DNA of 64,000 nt from an uncultured Thermoleophilia bacterium (GTDB taxonomy: Bacteria; Actinomycetota; Thermoleophilia; UBA2241). The translations under genes and the position numbers were made by a program. The notes beneath the pieces are model-generated. The model ran no database searches, had not been told where the DNA came from, and worked only from the letters and a program-made list of their open reading frames with translations. Location of the stretch: NCBI GenBank assembly GCA_963702475.1, contig CAVPCT010000003.1, positions 608,001 through 672,000 of the forward strand. The letters run 5' to 3'. Positions 19,262 to 29,869 of the stretch are shown piece by piece (within the stretch, counting starts at the first letter, position 1; each line of letters starts with the position of its first letter).

Positions 19262-20766
19262 ACGACCGCCGCAGGCACGTCATCGAGGGGGGCGCCGGAG
19301 GCGCACCCCTCAGTACCCGTTGGGAACCCGTCATCGGGCTCGAGATGCACGTGGAGCTCGACACGCGCACGAAGATGTTCTGTGGCTGCGAGGTAACGAA
19401 GGGTGACGAGCCCAACGTGCACACCTGTCCCGTGTGCCTGGCGCATCCCGGCGCGCTGCCCGTCGTGAACCAGCGCGCCATCGAGTACGCCGCGCGCATC
19501 GCGCTGGCACTCAACTGCACGGTGCGTGCGCGCAGCATCTTCCATCGCAAGAACTACTTCTATCCGGACCTGCCCAAGGCATACCAGATCAGCCAGTTCG
19601 ACGAGCCGCTGGCCACGGAAGGCTGGTTCGAGTACTGGGCCGGAGGGGAGCTTCATCGCTGTCGCATCAACCGCGTGCACATGGAGGAGGACGCCGCCAA
19701 GCTCGTCCACGCCGGGGGCGAGACCGGGCGCATCGCCGGGTCCGACTACTCCATGGTCGACTTCAACCGCGGCGGCACGCCCCTCATCGAGATCGTCACC
19801 GAGCCGGACATCCCGTCGCCCGAGGCGGCCCGCGAGTTCCTCCAGCAGCTCCGCAACACAGTCGTCGAGCTGGGCGTGAGCGAGTGCAACATGGAGGAGG
19901 GGCAGGTCCGCTGGGACGCCAACGTCAGCGTGCGACCCGTCGACAGCAGCGAGCTGGGCACCCGCACCGAGCTCAAGAACATGAACAGCTTCCGCTACCT
20001 GCAGCAGGCGCTGGACGCGGAGATCCCGCGGCAGATCGAGATCATCGAGGCGGGCGGCACCATCGACCAGGAGACCCTGCACTTCGACCCCGACACAGGG
20101 ACGACCACGCCCCTCCGCAGCAAGGAAGAGGCGCACGACTACCGCTACTTCCCCGAGCCGGACCTCGTGCCGGTGCTGATCGAGCCGCTCTGGCTCGAGG
20201 AGCTGCGCGCGACCCAGCCGGAGCTGCCGGCAGCGCGCGTGGAGCGCTTCATCCAGCAGTACGGCCTCTCGCGACCGGACGCGCTCGTGCTGGGCAGCTC
20301 CCACGGGCTCTCCGAGTACTACGAGGCGGTCGTGGGGCTCGGGGCCGGCGCCAAGCCGGCGGCCAACTGGGTGATGGGCGAGTACCTCGCCCATCTCAAC
20401 GCCGCCGGCCTCGAGGCCGGCCACGGGCACGTCACGGCCGAGCGCCTCGCCAAGCTCGTCAAGCTCGTGGATGACGGCGTGGTCTCGACGAGCGCGGCCA
20501 AGGAGGTGTTCGCCGTGATCGTGGCGGAGCGGGCCGAGCCGGAGGACGTGGTGGAGCAGCGCGGGCTCGGCCAGATCAGCGACACGGCCGAGCTCGAGGC
20601 CGCCGTGGCCGCCGTGGTGGCCGGCAACCCGGCCCAGGTGGAGCAGTACCGCGGCGGCAAGCAGCAGGTGCTCGGCTTCTTCGTCGGCCAGGTGATGAAG
20701 GCCACGGGCGGGCGTGCCAACCCGCAGCTCGTCAACGAGCTGCTGCGGCGCGCCCTCGACGGCTGA
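19258..20766 (+). CDS. gatB: Asp/Glu-tRNA amidotransferase subunit B
   Basis: IGLEMHVEL, RKNYFYPDLPK, ELKNMNS, DYRYFPEPDL. Confidence 0.97.
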   Translation: MNDRRRHVIEGGAGGAPLSTRWEPVIGLEMHVELDTRTKMFCGCEVTKGDEPNVHTCPVCLAHPGALPVVNQRAIEYAARIALALNCTVRARSIFHRKNYFYPDLPKAYQISQFDEPLATEGWFEYWAGGELHRCRINRVHMEEDAAKLVHAGGETGRIAGSDYSMVDFNRGGTPLIEIVTEPDIPSPEAAREFLQQLRNTVVELGVSECNMEEGQVRWDANVSVRPVDSSELGTRTELKNMNSFRYLQQALDAEIPRQIEIIEAGGTIDQETLHFDPDTGTTTPLRSKEEAHDYRYFPEPDLVPVLIEPLWLEELRATQPELPAARVERFIQQYGLSRPDALVLGSSHGLSEYYEAVVGLGAGAKPAANWVMGEYLAHLNAAGLEAGHGHVTAERLAKLVKLVDDGVVSTSAAKEVFAVIVAERAEPEDVVEQRGLGQISDTAELEAAVAAVVAGNPAQVEQYRGGKQQVLGFFVGQVMKATGGRANPQLVNELLRRALDG

Positions 20767-20985
20767 GCGCTTATACGCCCCCGAAGCGTCTGTCAAGGGC
20801 TCACGAGCTTCGTCTGTCTCCACGGCCGCTTGTTGCCCGCCCTCCCGGCGCTGTGGGACAATGCCTGCGACGTCAAGCCGCGCGTGCGCCTGCGGCCGTC
20901 GCGCTCCCGGGTCTCGTCACACTACGTCCCCTCGAAGTGGTCGCGCCGTCCCCGGGGCGGGCGAGGCCGCGGCGCTGACAGGTAG

Positions 20986-22266
20986 GTGAGTATGACCAGC
21001 GACCTCTCAAGCTTCGTCATCGGTCGCCCGCGGCCGGCAGAGCCGGCCGTGCGCATCGACGACACCACGCTCCGCGACGGCGAGCAGACCGCCGGCGTGG
21101 TCTTCTCCAACCACGAGAAGATCCGCATCGCCAAGCTGCTCGACGAGGTGGGCGTCCACCAGATCGAGGTCGGCATCCCCGCCATGGGCGGCGACGAGAA
21201 GACCACCATCAAGCAGATCGTGAACCTTGGCCTCGACACGTCGGTACTGGCCTGGAACCGCGCCGTGATCGACGACGTGCGCCACTCCATCGACTGCGGC
21301 GTGGACGCCGTGGCCATCTCCATGTCGGCCAGCGACATCCACATCGAGCACAAGCTGCAGAAGAGCCGCCAGTGGGTGCTCGACCAGATCCGCGAGTGCG
21401 TGGCGTTCGCCAAGGACAAGAACCTGTACGTCTCGGTCAACGCCGAGGACGCCTCCCGCGCCGACCTCGAGTTCCTGCTGCGCTTCGCGCAGGCGGCGAG
21501 GGAGGAGGGCGCCGACCGGCTCCGCTTCTGCGACACCCTGGGCATCCTCGACCCGTTCGACACCTACAACGTGATCGCGTTCCTCAAGCGCGAGGGCGGC
21601 CTGGACATCGAGATGCACACGCACGACGACTTCGGCATGGCCACGGCCAACGCCCTCGCCGGCATCAAGGCCGGGGCCACCTACGTCAACACCACCGTCA
21701 ACGGCCTCGGGGAGCGCGCCGGCAACGCCGCCCTCGAAGAGGTGGTGATGGCGCTCAAGTATCTCGGCAAGGTCGACGTCGGCCTGCACACCAGCCGCTT
21801 CCGCGAGCTCAGCGAGTACGTGGCCGCGGCGTCGGCGCGCACCATCCCCGCGTGGAAGAGCATCGTTGGCACCAACGTGTTCGCCCACGAGAGCGGCATC
21901 CACGCCGACGGCGTCATCAAGAACCCCCTGAACTACGAGGCGTTCGCCCCCGAGGACGTCGGTCTGGAGCGGCAGATCGTGGTCGGCAAGCACTCCGGGT
22001 CGCGCACCATCTACCGCAAGTTCCAGGAGTTCGGCCTCGAGCTCAGCAGGCAGGACTGCGAGGGCATCCTCGAGCTCGTCCGCCAGACGGCCGTGGAGCT
22101 CAAGCGGGCGCTGTTCGACAAGGAGCTCATGTACATCTATCAGGACTACCTCGGGCGCCTCGGTGACGCGGTGCCTATCGGCAACGGCGCCGCCCCGGCC
22201 GCGGGCGCGGCAGACGCGGCCGGCGCGCCGCAGGCGGCGCCGGCCGGCAGGGCAGCCGGCTCGTGA
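20986..22266 (+). CDS. Homocitrate synthase / Re-citrate synthase family (DRE-TIM)
   Basis: DTTLRDGEQ, HTHDDFGMATAN, GERAGN, AHESGIH, GKHSG; start at 20986 or 20992. Confidence 0.88.
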   Translation: MSMTSDLSSFVIGRPRPAEPAVRIDDTTLRDGEQTAGVVFSNHEKIRIAKLLDEVGVHQIEVGIPAMGGDEKTTIKQIVNLGLDTSVLAWNRAVIDDVRHSIDCGVDAVAISMSASDIHIEHKLQKSRQWVLDQIRECVAFAKDKNLYVSVNAEDASRADLEFLLRFAQAAREEGADRLRFCDTLGILDPFDTYNVIAFLKREGGLDIEMHTHDDFGMATANALAGIKAGATYVNTTVNGLGERAGNAALEEVVMALKYLGKVDVGLHTSRFRELSEYVAAASARTIPAWKSIVGTNVFAHESGIHADGVIKNPLNYEAFAPEDVGLERQIVVGKHSGSRTIYRKFQEFGLELSRQDCEGILELVRQTAVELKRALFDKELMYIYQDYLGRLGDAVPIGNGAAPAAGAADAAGAPQAAPAGRAAGS

Positions 22267-23513
22267 GCACACTGGCCGAGAAGCTCCTTGCGCGGGCTGC
22301 GGGGCTGGATGTGGTCGTCCCCGGCCAGATCGTGGTCGCCGACGTGGACGTGGCCATCGCGCAGGACGGCACCGGCCCGCTGGCCATCCAGCAGATCGAG
22401 GAGCTGGGCGCCACCCGCGTCAAGGCGCCCATCTGCGTGTTCTTCATCGACCACGCGGCGCCGGCGCCGCGCAGCGAGCTGGCCAACGCGCAGCGGACCA
22501 TCCGCGCCTTCTGCGCCTCCTCGGGCGCCACGCTCAGCGACGTCGAGATGGGCGTGTGCCACCAGAACGTCGCCGAGAAGTACGCCAGGCCCGGAGACCT
22601 CGTCATCGGCGCCGACTCCCACACCTGCATGGCCGGCGCCCTGGGCGCCTTCGCCACCGGCATGGGCAGCACCGACGTGGCCATCGGGATGGCGACCGGC
22701 CGAACATGGCTGCGGGTGCCCGAGACGTTCCGCATCGAGGTGGAAGGCGTGCTCCGCGACGGTGTGGAGGCCAAGGACCTCATGCTCACGCTCATCGGGC
22801 GGCTCGGCGCTGACGGCGCCACCTACAGGGCGCTCGAGTTCGGGGGGGCGGGCATCGATGCCCTGCCCATGCCCGGCCGGCTCACCTTGAGCAACATGTC
22901 GGTGGAGGCCGGCGCCAAGTGCGGCCTCATGCCGAGCGACGAGGTCACGCGCGCGTTCCTCGCCGAGCTGGGGCGCGAGGCGGACTGGCGCCCGCTCGCG
23001 CCCGACCCCGGCGCCGCCTACGAGCGCGTCGTGTCCGTCGATGCGGCGGCCGTCGTGCCCACCGTGGCGAAGCCCCACACGGTGGACAACACCGCGGCGG
23101 CGGCCGATCTCGGCGTCGTCGCCGTCGACCAGGTGCTCATCGGCACCTGCACCAACGGCCGCCTGGCCGACCTGCGCTCGGCGGCGCGCGTGCTCAAGGG
23201 CCGCCGTCGCAGCCCCGGCACGCGCCTCGTCGTGACACCTGCGTCGCGCGCCGTGGCCCGCGCCGCCGCCGCAGAAGGCCTGCTCGACGTGTTCTGGGAG
23301 GCCGGCGCCGTGGTCACCAACCCCGGGTGCGGCGCCTGCGTCGGCATCCACGAGGGCATCCTCGGCGACGGGGAGGTCTGCCTGAGCACCGCCAACCGCA
23401 ACTTCCACGGGCGCATGGGCAACCCCGACGCCTTCATCTACCTCGGCTCGCCGGCCACCGCGGCCGCCACGGCCGTGGCCGGCGTCATCACAGACCCCCG
23501 CGAGCTTCTCTAG
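22263..23513 (+). CDS. Homoaconitase/3-isopropylmalate dehydratase large subunit (ends in TAG)
   Basis: DSHTC, GTCTNGR, PGCGAC, STANRNF.GRMG. Confidence 0.92.
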   Translation: MSTLAEKLLARAAGLDVVVPGQIVVADVDVAIAQDGTGPLAIQQIEELGATRVKAPICVFFIDHAAPAPRSELANAQRTIRAFCASSGATLSDVEMGVCHQNVAEKYARPGDLVIGADSHTCMAGALGAFATGMGSTDVAIGMATGRTWLRVPETFRIEVEGVLRDGVEAKDLMLTLIGRLGADGATYRALEFGGAGIDALPMPGRLTLSNMSVEAGAKCGLMPSDEVTRAFLAELGREADWRPLAPDPGAAYERVVSVDAAAVVPTVAKPHTVDNTAAAADLGVVAVDQVLIGTCTNGRLADLRSAARVLKGRRRSPGTRLVVTPASRAVARAAAAEGLLDVFWEAGAVVTNPGCGACVGIHEGILGDGEVCLSTANRNFHGRMGNPDAFIYLGSPATAAATAVAGVITDPRELL

Positions 23514-23527
23514 GAAAGGAGGTCGTC

Positions 23528-24049
23528 ATGGCCAAGCAGTACGACGCCCCGCCGCCGATGGTCATCGACACCACCAAGCACTACGTCGCCACCATCAGCA
23601 CCGACGAGGGCGACATCAGGATCGAGCTCTTCGCCGACAAGGCGCCCAGCACCGTGAACAACTTCGTGTACCTCGCCCGCGACGGCTACTACGACGGGGT
23701 CACGTTCCACCGCGTCATCAAGGGGTTCATGGCACAGGGCGGCGACCCCACCGGCTCGGGCCGCGGCGGCCCCGGCTACAAGTTCGCAGACGAGTTCCAC
23801 CCTGCGCTCAAGCACGACCAGCCCGGCATCCTCTCTATGGCGAACGCGGGGCCGAACACCAACGGCTCACAGTTCTTCATCACCTACAGCGAGACCCCGC
23901 ACCTGGACGGCAGGCACGCCGTGTTCGGGCGCGTGATCGAGGGCATGGACGTGCTGGAGGCGATCCCCGAGCGCGACCCCATGCGCGCCTCGCGGCCCGG
24001 CCTCGCGATGAACACCGTCACTGTGGTCGAGGAGGAATGGGTGACGTGA
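23528..24049 (+). CDS. Cyclophilin-type peptidyl-prolyl cis-trans isomerase
   Basis: [38 protein letters not shown]. Confidence 0.95.
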   Translation: MAKQYDAPPPMVIDTTKHYVATISTDEGDIRIELFADKAPSTVNNFVYLARDGYYDGVTFHRVIKGFMAQGGDPTGSGRGGPGYKFADEFHPALKHDQPGILSMANAGPNTNGSQFFITYSETPHLDGRHAVFGRVIEGMDVLEAIPERDPMRASRPGLAMNTVTVVEEEWVT

Positions 24050-24612
24050 GTAGCCTCCAAAGGGATGCTACCGAGCGGGGCGCCGGAAGGTCACCGCTCC
24101 GCGAAGGGCACCTCCACGGGCGCGCCTGGCTGTTCGGAGACGACATCTCGACGGACCACATCGCTCCCGGCCGCCTCTTCCACCTGCGCACCGATCTGCC
24201 CGAGCTCGCCAAGCACGTGCTCGAGGACGCGCGTCCGGAGTTTGCCGGGCAGATGAAGCCCGGCGACTTCGTCGTGGGCGGGCGCAACTTCGGTCTGGGC
24301 TCCAGCCGCGAGCACGCACCCCGCATCATCCGGATCGCCGGCGTGGGCGCGGTGCTGGCTCAGAGCTTCGCGCGCATCTTCTTCCGCAACGCCATCAACG
24401 TCGGTCTCCCCGTGCTGCAGTGCGACACCTCGGGCATCGGCGAGCAGGACGAGCTCGAGGTCGATCTCACGGCCGGCGAGGTGCGGGACCTCACCACCGG
24501 CGCCGTGATCCCGTTTGTGCCGCTGCCGCCGGTGATGGTCACCATCCTGGACGACGGCGGCCTGGTGGACCACGTCAAGAAGCACGGCGGCTTCGCCCTG
24601 CCCGAGGGCTGA
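24046..24612 (+). CDS. Homoaconitase/3-isopropylmalate dehydratase small subunit
   Basis: [27 protein letters not shown]. Confidence 0.92.
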   Translation: MSSLQRDATERGAGRSPLREGHLHGRAWLFGDDISTDHIAPGRLFHLRTDLPELAKHVLEDARPEFAGQMKPGDFVVGGRNFGLGSSREHAPRIIRIAGVGAVLAQSFARIFFRNAINVGLPVLQCDTSGIGEQDELEVDLTAGEVRDLTTGAVIPFVPLPPVMVTILDDGGLVDHVKKHGGFALPEG

Positions 24613-24668
24613 CCCGCTTCACCACATCGGCGGGCTTCACAGCCCGCGCCCAGATCCGGAGGAGCGTC

Positions 24669-25676
24669 GTGACCTACACAGTGACCCTGATCCCGGGTGA
24701 CGGCACCGGCCCCGAGCTCGCCGCCGCCCTCGAGACCGTCATCGGCGCCACCGGCGTACCCATCCTCTGGGAGGTGCACGACGCCGGCCTGGGCGTGATG
24801 GAGGAGTACGGCACGCCGCTGCCGGAACACGTGCTCGACTCCATACGGCGCACCAGGGTCGCCATCAAGGGCCCCATCACGACGCCGATTGGGACGGGCT
24901 TTCGCAGCGTCAACGTCGCGCTCCGCAAGGAGCTCGACCTGTACGCCTGCCTGCGCCCGTCCAAGACGATGAAGGGCGTGCGCTCGCGCTACGACGACAT
25001 CGACCTCGTGGTGGTCCGCGAGAACACCGAGGACCTGTACGCCGGCATCGAGCACATGGTCGGCGAAGATGCCGCCGAGAGCATCAAGATCATCACCCGC
25101 CGCGGCAGCGAGCGCATCGTACGCTTCGCCTTCGAGTACGCCCGCCGGCACGAGCGCAGCAAGGTGACGGCGGTGCACAAGGCCAACATCATGAAGTGCA
25201 CCGACGGCCTCTTCCTGGCCGTCGCGCGCGAAGTCGCCGAGCAGTACCCGGACATCGAGTTCGAGGACCGCATCGTCGACAACATGTGCATGCAGCTGGT
25301 GCAGAAGCCGGAGCTCTACGACGTGCTGGTCATGCCCAACCTGTACGGCGACATCGTGAGCGACCTGTGTGCGGGGCTCATCGGCGGGCTCGGCGTGGCG
25401 CCGGGGGCCAACATCGGCGACGGCGCCGCGGTGTTCGAGCCGGTGCACGGGAGTGCGCCCAAGTACGCCGGCATGGACAAGGTGAACCCCATGGCCCTGC
25501 TGCGCTCCGGCGTGCTGCTACTCGAGCACATCGGCGAAGCCGAGGCGGCGCGCCGCATGGAGGCGGCCATCGCCGCCGTGGTCGCCGAGGGCAAGGACGT
25601 CACGTACGACCTCGGCGGCACCGCGGGCACCAGCGGCATGGCTCAGGCCATCGCCGCCCGCATCGACGCCTGCTGA
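24669..25676 (+). CDS. Isocitrate/homoisocitrate/isopropylmalate dehydrogenase family
   Basis: [40 protein letters not shown]. Confidence 0.93.
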   Translation: MTYTVTLIPGDGTGPELAAALETVIGATGVPILWEVHDAGLGVMEEYGTPLPEHVLDSIRRTRVAIKGPITTPIGTGFRSVNVALRKELDLYACLRPSKTMKGVRSRYDDIDLVVVRENTEDLYAGIEHMVGEDAAESIKIITRRGSERIVRFAFEYARRHERSKVTAVHKANIMKCTDGLFLAVAREVAEQYPDIEFEDRIVDNMCMQLVQKPELYDVLVMPNLYGDIVSDLCAGLIGGLGVAPGANIGDGAAVFEPVHGSAPKYAGMDKVNPMALLRSGVLLLEHIGEAEAARRMEAAIAAVVAEGKDVTYDLGGTAGTSGMAQAIAARIDAC

Positions 25677-25738
25677 CCACCCGGCGCCGCACCCACGCCC
25701 GGCTCGCCCGGGCGCCGCGACCAGAGAAGGAGGCTCCC

Positions 25739-26032
25739 GTGGAGGAGCAAGAGAAGCGCATCAACCTGCACGCCACGCCCAAGAAGATGGCCGGCGTGTA
25801 CGCCAACTTCGCCAACGTGAGCCACTCGGAGTACGAGTTCTCCATCACCTTCGTGCGCCTCGACCACGAGGGAGAAGAGCCCGGCGAGATGAACGGCGTC
25901 GTGGTGAGCCGCGTGAACCTCTCGCCGAAGTTCATGAAGGAGCTGCTCGACGCCATGGCCGACAACCACAGCAAGTGGCAGGCGGCCGAGAACATCAAGA
26001 ACCTGCCCGAGGCGCCGCCCCGGGACATCTGA
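25739..26032 (+). CDS. Small conserved hypothetical protein (DUF3467-like)
   Basis: GVYANFANV.HS.YEF...F and SRVNLSP pattern; AGGAGG RBS. Confidence 0.7.
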   Translation: MEEQEKRINLHATPKKMAGVYANFANVSHSEYEFSITFVRLDHEGEEPGEMNGVVVSRVNLSPKFMKELLDAMADNHSKWQAAENIKNLPEAPPRDI

Positions 26033-26295
26033 ATGCGGTCCGGGGGCAGCGGCAACGGTGTCGCGGCTCTCCCGGCCCTTGCACCGCTCATCCCCCGGTC
26101 GGGCGGGCCGGAATGTCCAACAAGCCCGCTCTCTCGGCTCCGTTTCTGCCCGCTGAGCAGGCGGTTTGTTGCTGCCGTCGCGCGCCGCGGCTAGAATGGC
26201 CGGGCCTGTGATCCCACCGTTCCCGCGCATGCGAGGGGCACCTCGGCGCGGCCCGGCGAGCGGGGGAGACCCGTCATCGTTCCCAGGAGGACGCA

Positions 26296-28098
26296 GTGGA
26301 CTTCTACAAAGGCAGCGTGCTCAGGATCGACCTGAGCGCCGGCACCTCCACCGTGGAGCCGCTCAACATGGAGTGGGCCGAGAAGTACATCGGGGGCAAG
26401 GGCCTGCTGCTCCGCTACATGTGGGAGGAGGTCCCGGCAAAGGTCGACCCGTGGGCTCCCGACAGCCCTATCATCCTCATGACGGGTCCGTTCGCCGGCA
26501 CCAACGTGAGCACCGCCTCGCGCCTGGTGGTCGGCTGCAAGAGCCCGCAGACCGGCATCCTCAACGACAGCTACGTGGGCGGCTCGTTCGCGCCCGAGCT
26601 CAAGTTCGCCGGCTACGACGCCGTCATCATCCAGGGCGAGTCGCCCGAGCCGGTCGTCGTCACCATCAAGGATGACGTCGTCTCGTTCATCCCGGCCGAG
26701 GGCAGGTACTGGGGCCTCAAGACCTCCGAGATCGAAGAGGCCATGCGCAAGGACTTCGACGCCGGCGCCAAGACGCTCTCCATCGGCCCTGCCGGCGAGA
26801 AGGAGGTCCTCTGGGCCTGCCTCTCCACCGACCAGTACCACAAGGCCGGACGTGGCGGTCACGGCGCCCTCTGGGGCCGCAAGAAGCTCAAGGCCATCGC
26901 GGTGAGGGGCACCGGGTGCGTCGAGGTCGGCGACGCGAAGGAGTTTCTCGCCGACCTGTACCGCATCCACACCGACTACGTGCTCACCGAGGACAACCTG
27001 TGGGCCAACGAAGAGGGCACGCCGGTGCTCGCGCAGATCATGAGCGACGCCGGCGTCATCCCCACGCGCAACTGGTCCTCGGGCACGTTCGACCTCATCG
27101 AGAGCATCAACTCCGACGCTTTCGTCAGCGTGCGCACCAAGAACCGCGCCTGCTACCAGTGCGCCATCGGCTGCCGCCAGTTCCACGAGGTCGAGGGCGT
27201 CTACGGCGAGGGTCCCGAGTACGAGACGATCGCCCTGTGCGGCGCCAACTGCGGCATGGGCGACATCGCCGCCCTCGTCAAGTTCAACCACCTCTGCGAC
27301 GAGCTGGGCATCGATACCATCTCCAGCGGCAGCGTGGTGGGCCTGGCCATGGACCTCACGGAGAAGGGCATCCACGACTTCGGCATGCGCTTCGGTGAGG
27401 TCGACACGTACCTGCAGGCGCCGGCCCTCATCGCCAGCAAAGAAGGCGTCGGCGCCGAGCTGGCGCTCGGCGCCCGTGCACTGGCCGCCAAGTACGGCGT
27501 GCCCGAGCTCGCCATGGAGGTCAAGAACATGGAGCTGCCGGGGTACGACCCGCGCGGCTCGTTCGGCATGAGCCTCGGCTACGCCACGTCGGACCGCGGC
27601 GGCTGCCATATGCGCACCTACCCCATCGCCGACGAGATCGTCGGCGGCACGCTGCCGCCCGACAGCCTCGAGGGCAAGGCTCACAAGATCGTCTGGAGCA
27701 ACCCCGCTGAGGGCTTCATCGGCGAGAACTTCAGCGCCGTGAAGTTCGCCGGCATCTGGTGTGACTTCTGGGCCATCACGCCGGAGCAGGTCGGGCAGCT
27801 TCTCAGGCACGCGTGGAGGCGCGAGTTCACGGACGAAGAGGTATTCGAGATCGGCGAGCGCATCTGGAACCTCGGCCGGCTGTTCAACCTCCGGGAGGGC
27901 GTCGAGGCCGACACCATCCCGCACAAGCTGTACGCCGAGGAGCACGCCCACACTGAGGGCGCCTCGGCCGGCCGCGCCATCGGGACGGAGACGTTCAAGC
28001 AGGCGCTGCAGGACTTCTACAAGATCCGTGGATGGGATGAGAACGGCGTGCCCAGCGAAGCCAAGCTCGCCGAGCTCGGCGTCGACGTGCGCCTCTGA
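26296..28098 (+). CDS. Aldehyde:ferredoxin oxidoreductase (tungstopterin family)
   Basis: KSPQTG, IGPAGE, GRGG.G, C..C.IGC, GPEYET, DRGGCH, RGWD..G.P. Confidence 0.93.
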   Translation: MDFYKGSVLRIDLSAGTSTVEPLNMEWAEKYIGGKGLLLRYMWEEVPAKVDPWAPDSPIILMTGPFAGTNVSTASRLVVGCKSPQTGILNDSYVGGSFAPELKFAGYDAVIIQGESPEPVVVTIKDDVVSFIPAEGRYWGLKTSEIEEAMRKDFDAGAKTLSIGPAGEKEVLWACLSTDQYHKAGRGGHGALWGRKKLKAIAVRGTGCVEVGDAKEFLADLYRIHTDYVLTEDNLWANEEGTPVLAQIMSDAGVIPTRNWSSGTFDLIESINSDAFVSVRTKNRACYQCAIGCRQFHEVEGVYGEGPEYETIALCGANCGMGDIAALVKFNHLCDELGIDTISSGSVVGLAMDLTEKGIHDFGMRFGEVDTYLQAPALIASKEGVGAELALGARALAAKYGVPELAMEVKNMELPGYDPRGSFGMSLGYATSDRGGCHMRTYPIADEIVGGTLPPDSLEGKAHKIVWSNPAEGFIGENFSAVKFAGIWCDFWAITPEQVGQLLRHAWRREFTDEEVFEIGERIWNLGRLFNLREGVEADTIPHKLYAEEHAHTEGASAGRAIGTETFKQALQDFYKIRGWDENGVPSEAKLAELGVDVRL

Positions 28099-28126
28099 GG
28101 CGCGACGCCGGACGAAGGAGAGACAG

Positions 28127-28627
28127 ATGCCTCACGTGATGATCTCGAGCAAGAAGTGCACCGGTTGCCACATGTGCGAGCTGGCCTGTTCCGCCCAGCA
28201 CGAGGGCGTGTACCAGCCCACGCTGGCCCGGCTCTGGTCCGAGGTGAACCCCACCACCGGCGCCACCAAGGGCCACACCTGCCTGCAGACCGGCTGCGCC
28301 AAGTGCCAGAAGGCCTGCCCCAACGACGCCATCGTGACGAAGGAGATCACCCTGCACGTCAAGGGTGAGTTCGGCGCCAAGGAGAAGATCGGCGACACCG
28401 TCACGGGCTACGTGCTGGTCGTCGTGGACGAGCTCTGCACCAACTGCGGTGAGTGCTACGACGTCTGCCCCACGCAGACCATCCACGAGCACCCCACCAA
28501 AGAGGTGGCCTTCAAGTGCGACCTCTGCGGCGGCGAGCCCCAGTGCATCGCCTTCTGCCAGAACCCGCACGTGCTGGCCGTCGACCTCAAGGTCGACAAG
28601 ATGGACAAGGAACTGGCGCAGGTCTGA
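28127..28627 (+). CDS. 4Fe-4S polyferredoxin subunit
   Basis: CTGCHMCELAC, CAKCQKACP, CTNCGECYDVCP, KCDLC...C...C. Confidence 0.9.
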   Translation: MPHVMISSKKCTGCHMCELACSAQHEGVYQPTLARLWSEVNPTTGATKGHTCLQTGCAKCQKACPNDAIVTKEITLHVKGEFGAKEKIGDTVTGYVLVVVDELCTNCGECYDVCPTQTIHEHPTKEVAFKCDLCGGEPQCIAFCQNPHVLAVDLKVDKMDKELAQV

Positions 28628-28637
28628 GGACGTACGC

Positions 28638-28904
28638 GTGCCCGCCTACGTCAAGCTGCCGGTGGGGATGACCACCGTCGACGGCCGCAAGGAGGTCGCC
28701 TGCGACGGCGTCACGGTGCGCGAGGTCATCGAGCAGGCCATCAAGGCGGAACCGCGTATGCGCGCCCGCATCTTCCGCGAGGACGGCAGGCAGTACGCGG
28801 GGATCTTTCTGAACGGGCGCAACATCAGCGCCTTGCAGGGCATGGACACGCCGGTGGCGGACGGCGACAAGCTCAACGTGCTGCCGCCGCTGTCCGGCGG
28901 ATAA
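28638..28904 (+). CDS. MoaD/ThiS sulfur carrier
   Basis: Ubiquitin-like, C-terminal PPLSGG. Confidence 0.9.
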   Translation: MPAYVKLPVGMTTVDGRKEVACDGVTVREVIEQAIKAEPRMRARIFREDGRQYAGIFLNGRNISALQGMDTPVADGDKLNVLPPLSGG

Positions 28905-29033
28905 GCGACGAAGCGGGCTCATCGAGCGGGGCGCCGCAGGGGCACCGCTCATTGAGCGGCGCACGGAACAGGCAAGGCCGGGGGCCGGCGCTCGAAGGGG
29001 GCGCCGGCCCTCTGTCGTTGGTAGACTGTCGCC

Positions 29034-29696
29034 GTGAGCCCGACCCCGCCAGTCTCGGCCTTCGACGCCGCCAGCCTCGCCGCCGCCGTGCTGGGCCGCG
29101 CCAGCGTGCGGCGCTACCTGCCCGACCCGGTACCACGCGACGACGTCACGGCCATGGTCGACCTCGCCGTACACGCGGCGAACGCCGGCAACGCCCAGAT
29201 GTGGCGGTTCATCGCCGTCGACGACGAGCTCACGCAGGTGGCCATGCGCCAGGCGGTGGACGACGCCATCGACGAGATGGCGGCCTGGTCCGAGCTGGCC
29301 GGCAGGGAGAAGGAGATCAAGGCGCTGCGCGTGTACGCCACCTTCTTCGTGGAGGCGCCGCTCACGGTGGCCGTGTGCGGCGTCCCGTACGTGTCGCGCG
29401 CCGACGAGATGCTGGCCGCGCGCGGCGTGGGGCCCGAGGAGCGCGATCGGCTGCGCCAGAGGCCGGACCTGCAGAGCATCGGGGCGGCCGTCCAGCTCCT
29501 GTGCACGGCCGCCCACGTCCTCGGGTACGGCGCCTGCTGGATGACGGCGCCGGTGCTGGCCGCCGAGGCCATCGAGCAGATCCTCGGCGTCGAGCCGCCG
29601 GCCAGGCTCGTGGCGCTCGTGCCCATCGGCCGACCTGCGGGCGAGGTCAGGCCGTCGTCGCGGCGCCCGGTCGAGGACGTGCTCGAGTTCCGCTGA
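29034..29696 (+). CDS. Nitroreductase family protein (likely leaderless)
   Basis: R.SVRRY, A.NAGN.Q.WRF, GYGACW; TGGTAGACT 6 nt before GTG. Confidence 0.88.
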   Translation: MSPTPPVSAFDAASLAAAVLGRASVRRYLPDPVPRDDVTAMVDLAVHAANAGNAQMWRFIAVDDELTQVAMRQAVDDAIDEMAAWSELAGREKEIKALRVYATFFVEAPLTVAVCGVPYVSRADEMLAARGVGPEERDRLRQRPDLQSIGAAVQLLCTAAHVLGYGACWMTAPVLAAEAIEQILGVEPPARLVALVPIGRPAGEVRPSSRRPVEDVLEFR

Positions 29697-29869
29697 CTCG
29701 CGCGGGGCGTGGCCCTCCGTCCGGCCCTGGTGACTCCGCGCGCCGTTCCGCGCCGCAGTCGCGACGGGCCACGCTTGCCTCCGCGCGCCGGGCCTCGGTA
29801 CACTCGAGAGCACGGCGCTTCGCCCAGCCGCAGTCTCCGGTCCGCATCGCCCGTCAGAGAGGAACCCCC

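Noticed and set aside
20986-22266. nifV as evidence for nitrogen fixation
   Set aside because: No nif genes in the window; the context is a 2-oxoacid elongation operon
23511-23530. Amber readthrough fusing the dehydratase large subunit to the cyclophilin (likewise folD to the NuoE-like gene)
   Set aside because: The downstream genes are in different frames
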